64,000 nucleotides of DNA from Chlamydiia bacterium (GTDB lineage: Bacteria > Chlamydiota > Chlamydiia > Chlamydiales > RGXB01). This document shows, in pieces, positions 31,510 to 40,832 of the stretch. The stretch covers positions 1 through 64,000 of the forward strand of contig JBEIFH010000002.1 of assembly GCA_040382515.1 (NCBI GenBank), in the 5' to 3' direction. A program made the position numbers and the translations under genes. Numbering within the stretch: position 1 is the first letter of the stretch; each line of letters begins with the position of its first letter. A model generated the notes under the pieces. It searched no databases and had not been told where the DNA came from. It worked only from the letters and a program-made list of their open reading frames with translations.

Positions 31510-32292
31510 ATGGACGTGAAAAATTTCTTGGTTTCATCCCTAGTTTTGCTTGGCATCTCCTTTTTTACACACTGGTTAGGATACAAAAAAAATCTCTTCA
31601 GCTTGTTCAAAACCTCGTTCCAATCAAAATTATACCCTGTAACCGCGGGTCTCTTGACGCTCCTTTCTATTTTTTGCTACCTTTTTCCCATCCCTTTTAT
31701 CCCTTGGTACATACCTCTTATTCTTTTGTTGTTTTATTTTGGCCTAAAAGGAAAAGAGCAGTTCGCTTCCTTGATAAAAGATCCTATGACGCTGCCAAAA
31801 ACGGGGCTTCTTTGGGATCTCGCCATTGGGGTCATTCTTTTTATCGTCTCTCTCCCCTTCCTCTCTTTTATACAAAACGGGTTGGAATGGGTCCTCACCT
31901 ATTTTTTCAAGATGGAAATTCCGAAGCAATACTTCATCGATTTTATTCAACAAATCAAAGGAAATAAACCCCTTCTTGCTTTCTTTTTCTCCCTTGTCTG
32001 TGTCCTCGTACCCGCCTATGAGGAGTTTCTATACAGGGCCAATATCCAAACTTGGCTTAAAAACTACCTCTCCCCTTTCTGGGCGATTTTCTTTACCTCC
32101 CTATTTTTTTCTATCTCCCACTTCTTTACGATCGAAACTATCCCCGGAAAAGTCATCGTAATAGCTACAACATTCACCGCATCTATGTATTTGGGCTTTG
32201 CCTATGAACGGCAACGTTCTTTGATCGCCTCGATCGCATACCATTCGATGATCAACACAACAACTTTTTTGCAAGTGCTCATGACCGCTTAA
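31510..32292 (+). CDS. CPBP/Abi (CAAX) intramembrane metalloprotease
   Basis: PAYEEFLYR, FFSISH, IAYHSMIN motifs; multiple TMs. Confidence 0.88.
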   Translation: MDVKNFLVSSLVLLGISFFTHWLGYKKNLFSLFKTSFQSKLYPVTAGLLTLLSIFCYLFPIPFIPWYIPLILLLFYFGLKGKEQFASLIKDPMTLPKTGLLWDLAIGVILFIVSLPFLSFIQNGLEWVLTYFFKMEIPKQYFIDFIQQIKGNKPLLAFFFSLVCVLVPAYEEFLYRANIQTWLKNYLSPFWAIFFTSLFFSISHFFTIETIPGKVIVIATTFTASMYLGFAYERQRSLIASIAYHSMINTTTFLQVLMTA

Positions 32293-32374
32293 AAAAACAC
32301 AGACCCACTCTTAACAAAAAATATTTAAAAATAAATCTTTACAAAATAAAAACGGTCGCTCTAAGCTGGGTTTT

Positions 32375-33130
32375 ATGATGGATCCAACCTATGGCCTCAG
32401 CGCTTTTGGCCACTCTGACAAAGGACTTTTTAGACAAAACAACGAAGACTATTTTGCTGTTTACGATGATTTATTTATTGTTGCAGACGGTCTTGGAGGT
32501 CACAATGCCGGGGAAATCGCCTCTAAGATGGCTGTAGAAACGATCGCTGATAAAATCGAAACCCTAAGACCCATGCTTATAGAGGGTCAAGACTCTTTGA
32601 AAAATCATATCCGCTATCTTGTAAAAGAGACCTCTAGGCATATTTACGAGACCGCCCTCAAAAGCCCCGAGCAAAAAGGGATGGGGACTACTATTGCATC
32701 CCTTTGGATACAAAAAGACCGATGCACCGCTTTTCATGTTGGCGATAGCAGGATCTACCGCTACAGGGATGGAAAATTGTCCCTTATAACAAGCGACCAT
32801 GCGAATGAGGTGAGCGTCGATGAAGACCAATTGGGAGAAATCAGACGCCGTTATCTAACACAGGCTATTGGGACAACTCTAGACTGCGAGGCAAAAGTGA
32901 TTTTTGAGGACTTATGTCCGCAGGATCGTTTTATCGTTTGCTCCGACGGACTTACCGACTACGTAACCACCAAAGAAATGGAGCTCCTTCTTTTAAAAAA
33001 CAGCGATGCCAAACAGGCAACCCATGCTCTGATAGAAGCCGCTTTAAGTCGCGGCGGCCGAGACAATATCACCACGATTGTCCTAAATGTCTCTAAACAG
33101 AAAGAACAGTCAATTGATCTAGAAAATTGA
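32375..33130 (+). CDS. PP2C-type Ser/Thr protein phosphatase
   Basis: RQNNED, VADGLGGH, GMGTT, VGDSR, CSDGL, GGRDNIT. Confidence 0.94.
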   Translation: MMDPTYGLSAFGHSDKGLFRQNNEDYFAVYDDLFIVADGLGGHNAGEIASKMAVETIADKIETLRPMLIEGQDSLKNHIRYLVKETSRHIYETALKSPEQKGMGTTIASLWIQKDRCTAFHVGDSRIYRYRDGKLSLITSDHANEVSVDEDQLGEIRRRYLTQAIGTTLDCEAKVIFEDLCPQDRFIVCSDGLTDYVTTKEMELLLLKNSDAKQATHALIEAALSRGGRDNITTIVLNVSKQKEQSIDLEN

Positions 33131-33542
33131 AAAAATCTATCTTGGATTTTTCCTCGTGAAATAAAGCCATTGCCAAAACTTTTTTACCCTTGGATTCCAT
33201 TGCTCTAGCTACAAAAATCCAAGAAAATAAAAAAGGGTCTTGATATGTTCCCACCTCCAAAATTTTTCCCGTATGCATACGCACTTTTGTAAATCTCAAG
33301 GGGGATAAAATCCTTTCAAGCTTTTGTAAAACCTGTTTTCCCTCCTCAAAATCCTGGAGCTTTCTCAACACTAAAAGAGATGTTTTTTCCTCAAAAACAT
33401 AGGCGGATCCCCTCACGTTTTTTTTCAATAATGAAGGTTGCAGAATGCTTTCCAGAGCCACCCCTCCCACCTCCATTTTTGAAAAAAGAAGTAGCGGATA
33501 AAAAAGAGTAAGGACCAATTTCATAGAAAATAATTTAAACAT
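33093..33542 (-). CDS. Hypothetical protein with signal-peptide-like N-terminus
   Basis: 149-aa ORF filling the gap; no family recognised. Confidence 0.5.
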   Translation of the reverse strand: MFKLFSMKLVLTLFYPLLLFSKMEVGGVALESILQPSLLKKNVRGSAYVFEEKTSLLVLRKLQDFEEGKQVLQKLERILSPLRFTKVRMHTGKILEVGTYQDPFLFSWIFVARAMESKGKKVLAMALFHEEKSKIDFFNFLDQLTVLSV

Positions 33543-33710
33543 CCGTTGCTTTTACTTAAAGATATTTTTGATTTTTGGGCTAAAATTAGAGAATCATTTT
33601 TTGATCCTCTTGTTGAGGCGGTAGGAATAACGGATTAAGTAAAGATCCCCTTCACAAAGCGATCGTTATTGTTGGTTTTTAACTCCCCTAAATATTAAAA
33701 TAAGTAGGCT

Positions 33711-34814
33711 ATGATTTACTTGGACAACAACGCGACCACACCTCTCGATCCCCTTGTATTTGAGGAGATGCGGCGGATTTATATGATGGGGCCTTTAAAC
33801 CCCTCTTCTATCCACCACCTCGGCAAAAAAGCTAAAGAAATTATTTTAATTTCTAGAGACCAAATAGCCGGGTTTTTTGACGTTTTTCCAAACGAACTCT
33901 ATTTCACCTCCTCAAGCACCGAGTCTCTCTCTACAGTGATACTGGGCCACATACGCGCTAAAAACGTCCGAAAAATTCTTTCCACAAAAATTGAACATAA
34001 CGCAGTCGATGCCCTGCTGAAGAAACTCTCCCATGAGGGGATCCAAATCAGCTACCTTCCAGTAGGTATTGAGGGAAGTCCGTCGTTAGAGTCGATAGAA
34101 AAAGCCCTTACCCCCGATCTTGAACTTGTAGTCCTCTCCAGCGTCTACTCGGAAACGGGGGCGATGATCGATCTAGAGGGGATCAGCGAGCTTCTTTATA
34201 AAAGAAATATTCCGTTGATTATCGATGCCACAGCACATATCGGCAAAGCCCCCTTTATTGTACATAGGGGTATTTCGGCCTTCACTCTATCGGCACATAA
34301 ATTTCATGGCCCTCAAGGGGTCGGGCTATTTTTTGCCCGAAAGAATTTCCCCTTTCACCCTCTCCTTATAGGGGGGCACCAGGAGATGCAGCGCCGTGCA
34401 GGGACAGAGAATGTCGCAGGGATCGTCGGATTAGCAAAAGCTTTAGATTTGATTGAACCTTCCCATTTTTCCTACATGAAAGGGCTCAAAACCGTTCTCT
34501 TGGATTCAGTCTCTTCTTTAGGTTCTTTGAATGGGCGTGGGGAAATTGTTTCGAATACCTTCAATATGGCATTTGATACATGCGATGCAGAAACCTTGAT
34601 GATCCGTCTGGATCAAAAAGGGGTTTTTGTGTCGATGGGGTCAGCCTGTTCCAGCGGCTCAATCGAACCCTCCCGTGTCTTGCTTGAAATGGGGTTAAAA
34701 AGAGATGAGGCGAGATCCAGCTTACGTTTTTCCGTTTCGCGTAAAAATAACCTTGTGGAGATGCAAGCTGCGGCCCGATTGATTAGGGAAGAATTGTGCG
34801 GATGTGCACTCTAG
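33711..34814 (+). CDS. iscS: Cysteine desulfurase (NifS/IscS family)
   Basis: IYLDNNATT, NPSS.H, SAHKFHGP, RAGTEN, SMGSACSSG. Confidence 0.93.
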   Translation: MIYLDNNATTPLDPLVFEEMRRIYMMGPLNPSSIHHLGKKAKEIILISRDQIAGFFDVFPNELYFTSSSTESLSTVILGHIRAKNVRKILSTKIEHNAVDALLKKLSHEGIQISYLPVGIEGSPSLESIEKALTPDLELVVLSSVYSETGAMIDLEGISELLYKRNIPLIIDATAHIGKAPFIVHRGISAFTLSAHKFHGPQGVGLFFARKNFPFHPLLIGGHQEMQRRAGTENVAGIVGLAKALDLIEPSHFSYMKGLKTVLLDSVSSLGSLNGRGEIVSNTFNMAFDTCDAETLMIRLDQKGVFVSMGSACSSGSIEPSRVLLEMGLKRDEARSSLRFSVSRKNNLVEMQAAARLIREELCGCAL

Positions 34815-35994
34815 CATCCCCCAAAAAATCCCCCTCTTTGTAAATCAGCTCCAAATTCTTGAAACGGATCGATTCCCTCGAGTGGGGGCGCCGTTTTAGA
34901 ACCTCTTCCATAAATTCGATCAACGTCTCTCCGTACTCTTTTGGCAGATCAAGATCAAACTGGGCGTTGACTTTATCTATCTCTGCATAGAGGTCAAACG
35001 AACGATCGATCATAATATGCCCATGGGGTCCTAACTCTTTTTCTGACAAAAACATCGCCTGTAAAATCTGGTCCAGGTGAACGACCCCGACGGAGAGGCC
35101 GGTTGCATCGACAACGATTGCTATAGGCTGCCCATTTTTTCTAAAACCCTCGATCACTTTGAACACCGATTCGTTTTCGGCAACAAACCATCCATCCTGC
35201 ATGTAAAGATCGCATCGGGCGTCATCCGAGGCCTTTAGAAGGTTTCTTGTGCTTATAATTCCTACAATCGTATGCCTTTGGTGATAGTAAACCGGAAGAT
35301 GCTCAATATTTTTATCCCTTATCAATCTTTTGATGTCTTTGATTCGTGTCCCTGTGGGAATCATTTCAACTTCATCAATAGGTGTCATGAAATCGCGCGG
35401 TGTACGGGATTTTAAGCTGAATATAGCGTTGATCAGGTGGTTGAATTCCTCCTTTTCACTCACAGCGTGTTTTTCATCCAGCGCCTCAATCGCTTTTTGC
35501 AACTCCTCTTTAGATATGAACGGGACATGCCCACTCTCTTTTTTGAAAAAAAAGTCAATAAGCTCAAGGAGCTTGCCTAAAAACCAGGTTAAGGGGCGCA
35601 TCAGATAAGATAATAGATAGAGAGGGGCTATACCGAGCATCGCGACCGATTCTGGATGCCGTCTTGCAGCAAATAGGGGGGCCAACTCTGCAAAAAGCAA
35701 TACAAGTAAAATTTGTGTTACAGGGGCTAAATCGGGATCGAGCCCATTTGATGCGTAAAATCTCCTTGAACACTCCGATCCTATTTGAAGGGCAGCATTC
35801 ACCCCTACCAGAGTTGTTGCAAAAAGGCGTGTCGGATCTAAAAGCATCCGGCTGATCCACTTGGCTTTTTTACTGCCGCGCACCAAATAGTACTGCAGTC
35901 GCACTCTATTGAAAGAGACTATAGCCATCTCCATCATCGCAAAAAAAGCCTGGAATACAAGGCAAAGGATGGTCAAAACTAAAAAAAAATTCAT
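34783..35994 (-). CDS. CNNM/CBS-domain (CorC/HlyC-like) membrane protein
   Basis: DUF21 TM region (FAELAP), tandem CBS domains. Confidence 0.85.
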   Translation of the reverse strand: MNFFLVLTILCLVFQAFFAMMEMAIVSFNRVRLQYYLVRGSKKAKWISRMLLDPTRLFATTLVGVNAALQIGSECSRRFYASNGLDPDLAPVTQILLVLLFAELAPLFAARRHPESVAMLGIAPLYLLSYLMRPLTWFLGKLLELIDFFFKKESGHVPFISKEELQKAIEALDEKHAVSEKEEFNHLINAIFSLKSRTPRDFMTPIDEVEMIPTGTRIKDIKRLIRDKNIEHLPVYYHQRHTIVGIISTRNLLKASDDARCDLYMQDGWFVAENESVFKVIEGFRKNGQPIAIVVDATGLSVGVVHLDQILQAMFLSEKELGPHGHIMIDRSFDLYAEIDKVNAQFDLDLPKEYGETLIEFMEEVLKRRPHSRESIRFKNLELIYKEGDFLGDARVHIRTILP

Positions 35995-37244
35995 TCCCCC
36001 TCCCCCTTGGTCGGCAATTTACGGATATACACCTTTTGCACCGTTTTTTCATCGGCAGCCAAAATGTGAAAAAGCAGAGGCTCAACAATCAGACGGTCTC
36101 CAACTTTGGGGATATCTCCTAGCCGCTCTGTCAACCATCCCCCGACAGTGACCATGTTTGAGGGGCTTTTAAGCTCCACATCAAAACGATTTTCTATCTC
36201 AACAATTTCTAACAGGCCGTTTGAAATAAGGATATCTTCCGAGGACTCCAGCAACCGGTTTGGCGGGTCGATCTTGTCCTGAATAGGGCCTACCACAACC
36301 TCCATCAAATCTTCCAGTGTGATCAGTCCGGCTATCGAACCATATTCGTCTACGACTATCGCTATCTCTTCTTTGCGGAAATGAAACTGCTGCATCAGAT
36401 GTCTTGCCGATACCGATTCGGGGACATAAAAAGGTTTTCTCAGTAAAGGGACAACATCAAATCCCTTTCTAAAACCGCGGTTGTGCAAGAAGAGATCCCT
36501 AGAAAAAATAAAACCTAAGATTTTTTCGAGGCTGCCGTCATATACCGGGATTTTTGAACACTCTTTTGTTATCATAGTTTCCAAAAGCTTTTCTATAGGC
36601 GATTGGATATCATAGGCGATGATCTCATGCCTTGAGCGCATCAGCTCTTTGACAATGTGGTCATCCAGATCAAGATACCCGCGCATGAGGTACATCTCGT
36701 CGGGACTGATCACCCCAAGTTCTTTCGAACTTTTGATTGCGGTTTCTAATTCTTTGACCGAAATCTCTTTTTCTTTAGGGAGAAAACAAAAAATTATTTT
36801 ACTTATAAAGAGGGCTGTTCCGGAAAGTACAAATCGTATGGGCGAAAGACAAATTTTAAAAAAGTGAATGACACGGACAAAACGGTAGGCGATCTGTTTA
36901 TTGTAACGTATTGCGATCGCTTTAGGGAGCATCTCTCCAAAAAGGAGAACTAAAACGAGGGGCACTCCGACCGAGAGAAGAAAAGACCCCCCGTCGCCAA
37001 ATACGTTGGCTACAACATTCTGGATTAAAATATTGACCGCTATATTCAGCATCAATAGGCTCACAAGCAACTGATGCGGGGTACTGAGCAATTCCGCGAT
37101 CAGCCTTTTTTTAGGATTGGGATCTCTTTTATAGAGATGAATTTTCAAGGAAGATAGTGAGAAAAAAGCGGTCTCGGATCCCGAAAGAAATGCCGAAAAG
37201 GAGATTAAAGCAATCAGTATTGCTATGAAAAAACCTAACCACAT
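35991..37244 (-). CDS. CNNM/CBS/CorC-domain membrane protein
   Basis: SGSETAFFSL, FGEMLPK, VVDEYGSIAGLITLEDL, TVGGW. Confidence 0.92.
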   Translation of the reverse strand: MWLGFFIAILIALISFSAFLSGSETAFFSLSSLKIHLYKRDPNPKKRLIAELLSTPHQLLVSLLMLNIAVNILIQNVVANVFGDGGSFLLSVGVPLVLVLLFGEMLPKAIAIRYNKQIAYRFVRVIHFFKICLSPIRFVLSGTALFISKIIFCFLPKEKEISVKELETAIKSSKELGVISPDEMYLMRGYLDLDDHIVKELMRSRHEIIAYDIQSPIEKLLETMITKECSKIPVYDGSLEKILGFIFSRDLFLHNRGFRKGFDVVPLLRKPFYVPESVSARHLMQQFHFRKEEIAIVVDEYGSIAGLITLEDLMEVVVGPIQDKIDPPNRLLESSEDILISNGLLEIVEIENRFDVELKSPSNMVTVGGWLTERLGDIPKVGDRLIVEPLLFHILAADEKTVQKVYIRKLPTKGEGE

Positions 37245-37247
37245 ACT

Positions 37248-37535
37248 TTAATGGGACCTGAACACAATTTTCGTCTCCTTCTGACGAACAAGGCCTAGCT
37301 CTTCTTTAACGACCTCATCTAACCAGAAAGGGTCCTGAAAAGCCTCTATATCTCGAGATAACTCCTCTTTTCTTTGTTTTGCAAGATGAATAAATTGATT
37401 GAGCTGCTCAATTTTGTAAAAAGATGCCTGAGAGTCAACATGTAATTGACGTGTAAGAGAATTGCCAACAAAGTGGATTGTGAAAACTAGAAATACGACC
37501 CAAAACCAGGAGCGATATTTTTTGATGCGTTGCAT
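37248..37535 (-). CDS. FtsB/DivIC-like septum protein
   Basis: TM, coiled coil, DPFWLDEVVKEELGLVRQKETKIVF pattern. Confidence 0.65.
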   Translation of the reverse strand: MQRIKKYRSWFWVVFLVFTIHFVGNSLTRQLHVDSQASFYKIEQLNQFIHLAKQRKEELSRDIEAFQDPFWLDEVVKEELGLVRQKETKIVFRSH

Positions 37536-37547
37536 ATTCAGATAAAA

Positions 37548-37574
37548 CTTACCGGCGAGAAATACGCCGGTAAG
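37548..37574 (-). terminator. Intrinsic terminator of small acidic protein gene
   Basis: Perfect 10-bp stem CTTACCGGCG/CGCCGGTAAG followed by TTTT on the minus strand. Confidence 0.75.
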
Positions 37575-37585
37575 GAATCAAAAGA

Positions 37586-37768
37586 CTATTTTTGATCTTT
37601 TTGCTCTTCATCTTCATGAACGATTTCGTTATCTTCATCAGCATGAGCTATGTCTGCTGAGTGTTCAATAACAACAACTTCTTCTTGTTGTTTTTCTTCT
37701 TCATTTGCAAATGCATTGATAGAAAGAAGAGATACGAGAGCTGCCGCTAAGACTGATCTGATTTTCAT
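37586..37768 (-). CDS. Small secreted acidic protein (60 aa)
   Basis: GGAG RBS, signal peptide MKIRSVLAAALVSLLSINAFA, Glu/Asp/His-rich mature part, own promoter and terminator. Confidence 0.75.
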   Translation of the reverse strand: MKIRSVLAAALVSLLSINAFANEEEKQQEEVVVIEHSADIAHADEDNEIVHEDEEQKDQK

Positions 37769-37806
37769 ATTATCACTCCAATTATGTTTGGTTGGGGAAT
37801 AAAGCA

Positions 37807-37835
37807 AATATACTTTAATATTGAGAAAATTTCAA
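37807..37835 (-). promoter_or_regulatory. Putative promoter of small acidic protein
   Basis: Minus strand TTGAAA-17 nt-TATATT. Confidence 0.5.
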
Positions 37836-38032
37836 CGATGAAAAATGGGAAGAGGTAAACAATTCTAATTTTAATAGAAACCTATTCTCAATTTTCCCGT
37901 CGTTAATAATTTCAAATAAATACCGTTCTAGACCTTACAAGAGTGGATTCTACGCATGTAGATAAAAGAGCTATGAACTCCTTAAAAAAATAAAAAACCT
38001 TTTTCGACGTGAAGATATTAGAGGTCCCATTT

Positions 38033-38386
38033 ATGGAAGCCATCACATTAAAAAAACTCAAAACCATGCTATTGGATAATCAAAACCCCATTTTTTTGCT
38101 AGACGTCCGCACGCCTCAAGAGCACTATAGCAAACGGATCAAAGGGTCAATAAACATCCCTCTTGACATACTCCCCTCACAAATATCCATCCTCAAAGAT
38201 CAACCTTGCATCGTTGTCCACTGCGCGCATGGATTCAGAGCTAAAAGGGCAGCCGAATTTCTTTACGAAAGAGAGCAGCTCTCTGTTTATTATGTCAAAG
38301 GGGATATTGAGCTATGGGAACAGGCGGAACTTCCAGTTCTTTATGAAGATGGTGTTGCAGGGCCATCTGAAGGAGCGAGTCGATAA
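38033..38386 (+). CDS. Single-domain rhodanese
   Basis: LLDVRTPQE..RIKGSINIP, VVHCAHGFRA; GAGG RBS before ATG 38033. Confidence 0.9.
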   Translation: MEAITLKKLKTMLLDNQNPIFLLDVRTPQEHYSKRIKGSINIPLDILPSQISILKDQPCIVVHCAHGFRAKRAAEFLYEREQLSVYYVKGDIELWEQAELPVLYEDGVAGPSEGASR

Positions 38387-39341
38387 GGGCAGTGTAACTG
38401 ACACCCGTAATGCTCATTAGTTTCGGATATAAACTGATTGGGGTGAACCCAGGGATGGTATTGACCTCGTTGACATAGAGCGTTCCGTCGTAGAAAAAAT
38501 CTACTCGGGCCATCATATCACATTCAAGTATTCTAAAGACCTTTAAAGCCTGCTGGCGTACCTGATATTCCAATTCTTCAGGGATACAAGCAGGCGCTAC
38601 TACCTCAGCACCGTCGGATAAAATATACTTGGCTTCATAATCATAAAATTCATTTTTTGGAATCACCTGTCCAACTTTTGAAACAACCGGATTATCCAGA
38701 CCTAAGACAGCACACTCCAGCTCAATGCCTCTTATCGCTTTTTCTACAAGAACCTTTGTTGAGAATTTTTTTGCCATATCTATAGCTTTGATAAGATCTT
38801 CTCTCCCTTTTACTTTTGAAACACCAATAGAAGAGCCGCTCGCTGCGGGTTTAACAAAACAAGGGTATCCGATCCTCTTTTCTAAAATCTCAAGGTCGAC
38901 TGTATCGTAGGGGCCAATACAAACCCAATCGGATACCTTCACGCCGGCTTGCACCAGCAATCTTTTAGCAACCTCTTTGTCCCAGCACAAAGAGGAGGAG
39001 AGGACTGAAGCGCCTACAAAAGGGACACCCAGCAACCTAAAAGCACCCTGAACCGACCCATCCTCAGCATAATCACCATGCATAAGTGGGAAAACGACAT
39101 CAAATTTTTTTAAATCCTCTAGGTAAGACGGGTTGTCTGCCACATCAAAGCGGCTATACGGATGAAATCTCTCAAGGAATTCCTCTTTAGAAAAAAACTG
39201 TAATCTATTTTCAAAATCCAGACCAGCTATCGTCACCTCAAATTTTTTTGATGTATAGGACGTCAGTACCGATCTCACAGAGGTGATCGAGACCCCATGC
39301 TCATAAGATCTCCCCCCAAATAAAAAACAGGCCCTTTTCAT
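38295..39341 (-). CDS. ddl: D-alanine--D-alanine ligase
   Basis: FGGRSYEHGVS, HGDYAEDG, VKPA..GSSIG, FYDYEAKY, NEVNTIPG. Confidence 0.95.
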   Translation of the reverse strand: MKRACFLFGGRSYEHGVSITSVRSVLTSYTSKKFEVTIAGLDFENRLQFFSKEEFLERFHPYSRFDVADNPSYLEDLKKFDVVFPLMHGDYAEDGSVQGAFRLLGVPFVGASVLSSSLCWDKEVAKRLLVQAGVKVSDWVCIGPYDTVDLEILEKRIGYPCFVKPAASGSSIGVSKVKGREDLIKAIDMAKKFSTKVLVEKAIRGIELECAVLGLDNPVVSKVGQVIPKNEFYDYEAKYILSDGAEVVAPACIPEELEYQVRQQALKVFRILECDMMARVDFFYDGTLYVNEVNTIPGFTPISLYPKLMSITGVSYTALIDSLLQMALQHHLHKELEVPPVPIAQYPL

Positions 39342-39458
39342 CGTATCCCTATTGAAATTCCGTGATTTGTGAAAAACCTATCTTAAGAATCTTTTCCACG
39401 TAAATACTTTTTTTCAGCTCGCCCCCCTTTTTTTCCAAATTAGCGCCCCTTAAATGCT

Positions 39459-39487
39459 TTTACGCATTTATCCAAGTTTGCTATACT
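39459..39487 (+). promoter_or_regulatory. Putative promoter of sua5-slyD-tsaD
   Basis: TTTACG-17 nt-TATACT with TG extension. Confidence 0.5.
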
Positions 39488-39499
39488 CCCTCCATCCTT

Positions 39500-40441
39500 A
39501 TGATCCTTTCAAAAAAAGAAGCTATAGATCTTTTAAAAACTGGCGGTATTGTTGCGGTCCCTTCGGAAACCGTCTATGGTTTGGCCGCATCAATTGACCA
39601 TCCGCAAGCGGTTTCTAAAATTTTTTCTATGAAAGGGCGCCCCTCTAAAAATCCGTTGATTGTCCATTTCAAATCCATAGATCAGGTTCTTGAATATCTG
39701 GATTTGCAAAACGACGTAGCAGCCCATCTTAAACATTTCTGGCCCGGACCTCTGACAATTGTCGCTCCCCTCAAGAAAAAATTGGATCCGTCTATAACAG
39801 CCGGCCTTCCGACCTTGGCGGCGAGGATCCCCTCTCATCCGGTTTTTTTGGAACTGATCGAAGCTGTCGGACCGCTTGCGGCCCCTTCTGCAAACCGCTC
39901 CGGACTCCCGTCAGCAACAAGAGCATGGCATATAGAAAACGATTATTTAGGAAACGTACCGATTGTTGAAGGCGACCCTCCAAAACATGGCCTTGAATCT
40001 ACCATCTTAATCCAGAAGGGGTCCTTGTTTGAAGTCGGACGGCTTGGTGCCCTCTCGATCGAAGAGCTTGAACGCTATTTTACCATTTCGCACCCCACGA
40101 GCACCCCTTCAACACCCGTTTGTCCGGGGCAGATGTTTCGCCATTATTCTCCCCGATGCGTACTTGTAGATGAATGGTCGGACAAAATTGAAGCCGTAGT
40201 CGGTTTTTCCGATGTCAAGTATCCCAACGATCTTTCTCTCTACGCACTTGGCCCGATCCATGACCCTGTCGCGATAGCCAGCAATCTTTTTGAAACCCTG
40301 CGCCTTTTAGATCAAAATCAGGTCCAAAAAGCGTTTGTGGATTTCAATTTCCCCCTCCATGGTCTTTACGCACCCATTCGCGAGAGATTGCTAAAAGCTA
40401 CCCAACAAACAACCAACCTAAAAGAGGCTACCCATGTCTAA
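39500..40441 (+). CDS. sua5: L-threonylcarbamoyladenylate synthase (Sua5/YwlC type)
   Basis: PSETVYGL, KGRP..NPLIVH, WPGPLT, APSANRSG, PGQMFRHYSP. Confidence 0.95.
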   Translation: MILSKKEAIDLLKTGGIVAVPSETVYGLAASIDHPQAVSKIFSMKGRPSKNPLIVHFKSIDQVLEYLDLQNDVAAHLKHFWPGPLTIVAPLKKKLDPSITAGLPTLAARIPSHPVFLELIEAVGPLAAPSANRSGLPSATRAWHIENDYLGNVPIVEGDPPKHGLESTILIQKGSLFEVGRLGALSIEELERYFTISHPTSTPSTPVCPGQMFRHYSPRCVLVDEWSDKIEAVVGFSDVKYPNDLSLYALGPIHDPVAIASNLFETLRLLDQNQVQKAFVDFNFPLHGLYAPIRERLLKATQQTTNLKEATHV

Positions 40442-40832
40442 AATTGCAACTGTTCACTATACAGGTAAAAAAAAGGACGGCAAAACGTTTGATTCCTCCG
40501 TTGACAGAGAGCCATTCAGCTTCCAAATCGGACAAAAGCAGGTGATCGAAGGTTTTGAGAAAGCTGTTTTGAGCCTTTTGGTAGGGCAAAAAAAAGAGTT
40601 TGAAATTCCATTTTCAGAGGGGTATGGGCCTAAAAATCCTGATCTAGTAGGACGGGTCAAAAGAGATCTGTTCCCTCAAGATCTTGAACTTGAGGTGGGA
40701 ATTGTGCTAGAGATCCGCGGTCAACCCGTCGTTGTAGTAGCCTTAGATGAAAATAGCGCAACTCTCGATGCAAACCATTTCCTTGCTGGCGAAGATCTCA
40801 TTTTTGAAATCGAACTTTTGGATATCAAGTGA
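40434..40832 (+). CDS. slyD: FKBP-type peptidyl-prolyl isomerase (SlyD/SlpA-like, no His tail)
   Basis: VHYTG..FDSS..EPF, GFEKA, GYG, DANHFLAGEDLIFEI. Confidence 0.85.
   Translation: MSKIATVHYTGKKKDGKTFDSSVDREPFSFQIGQKQVIEGFEKAVLSLLVGQKKEFEIPFSEGYGPKNPDLVGRVKRDLFPQDLELEVGIVLEIRGQPVVVVALDENSATLDANHFLAGEDLIFEIELLDIK

Noticed and set aside
33543..33710. Possible riboswitch or ncRNA upstream of cysteine desulfurase
   Set aside because: Short complementary segments exist (CTTTACTTAA/TTAAGTAAAG; AATAACG/CGTTATT) but do not nest into a family I recognise. An Rfam cmscan would be needed.
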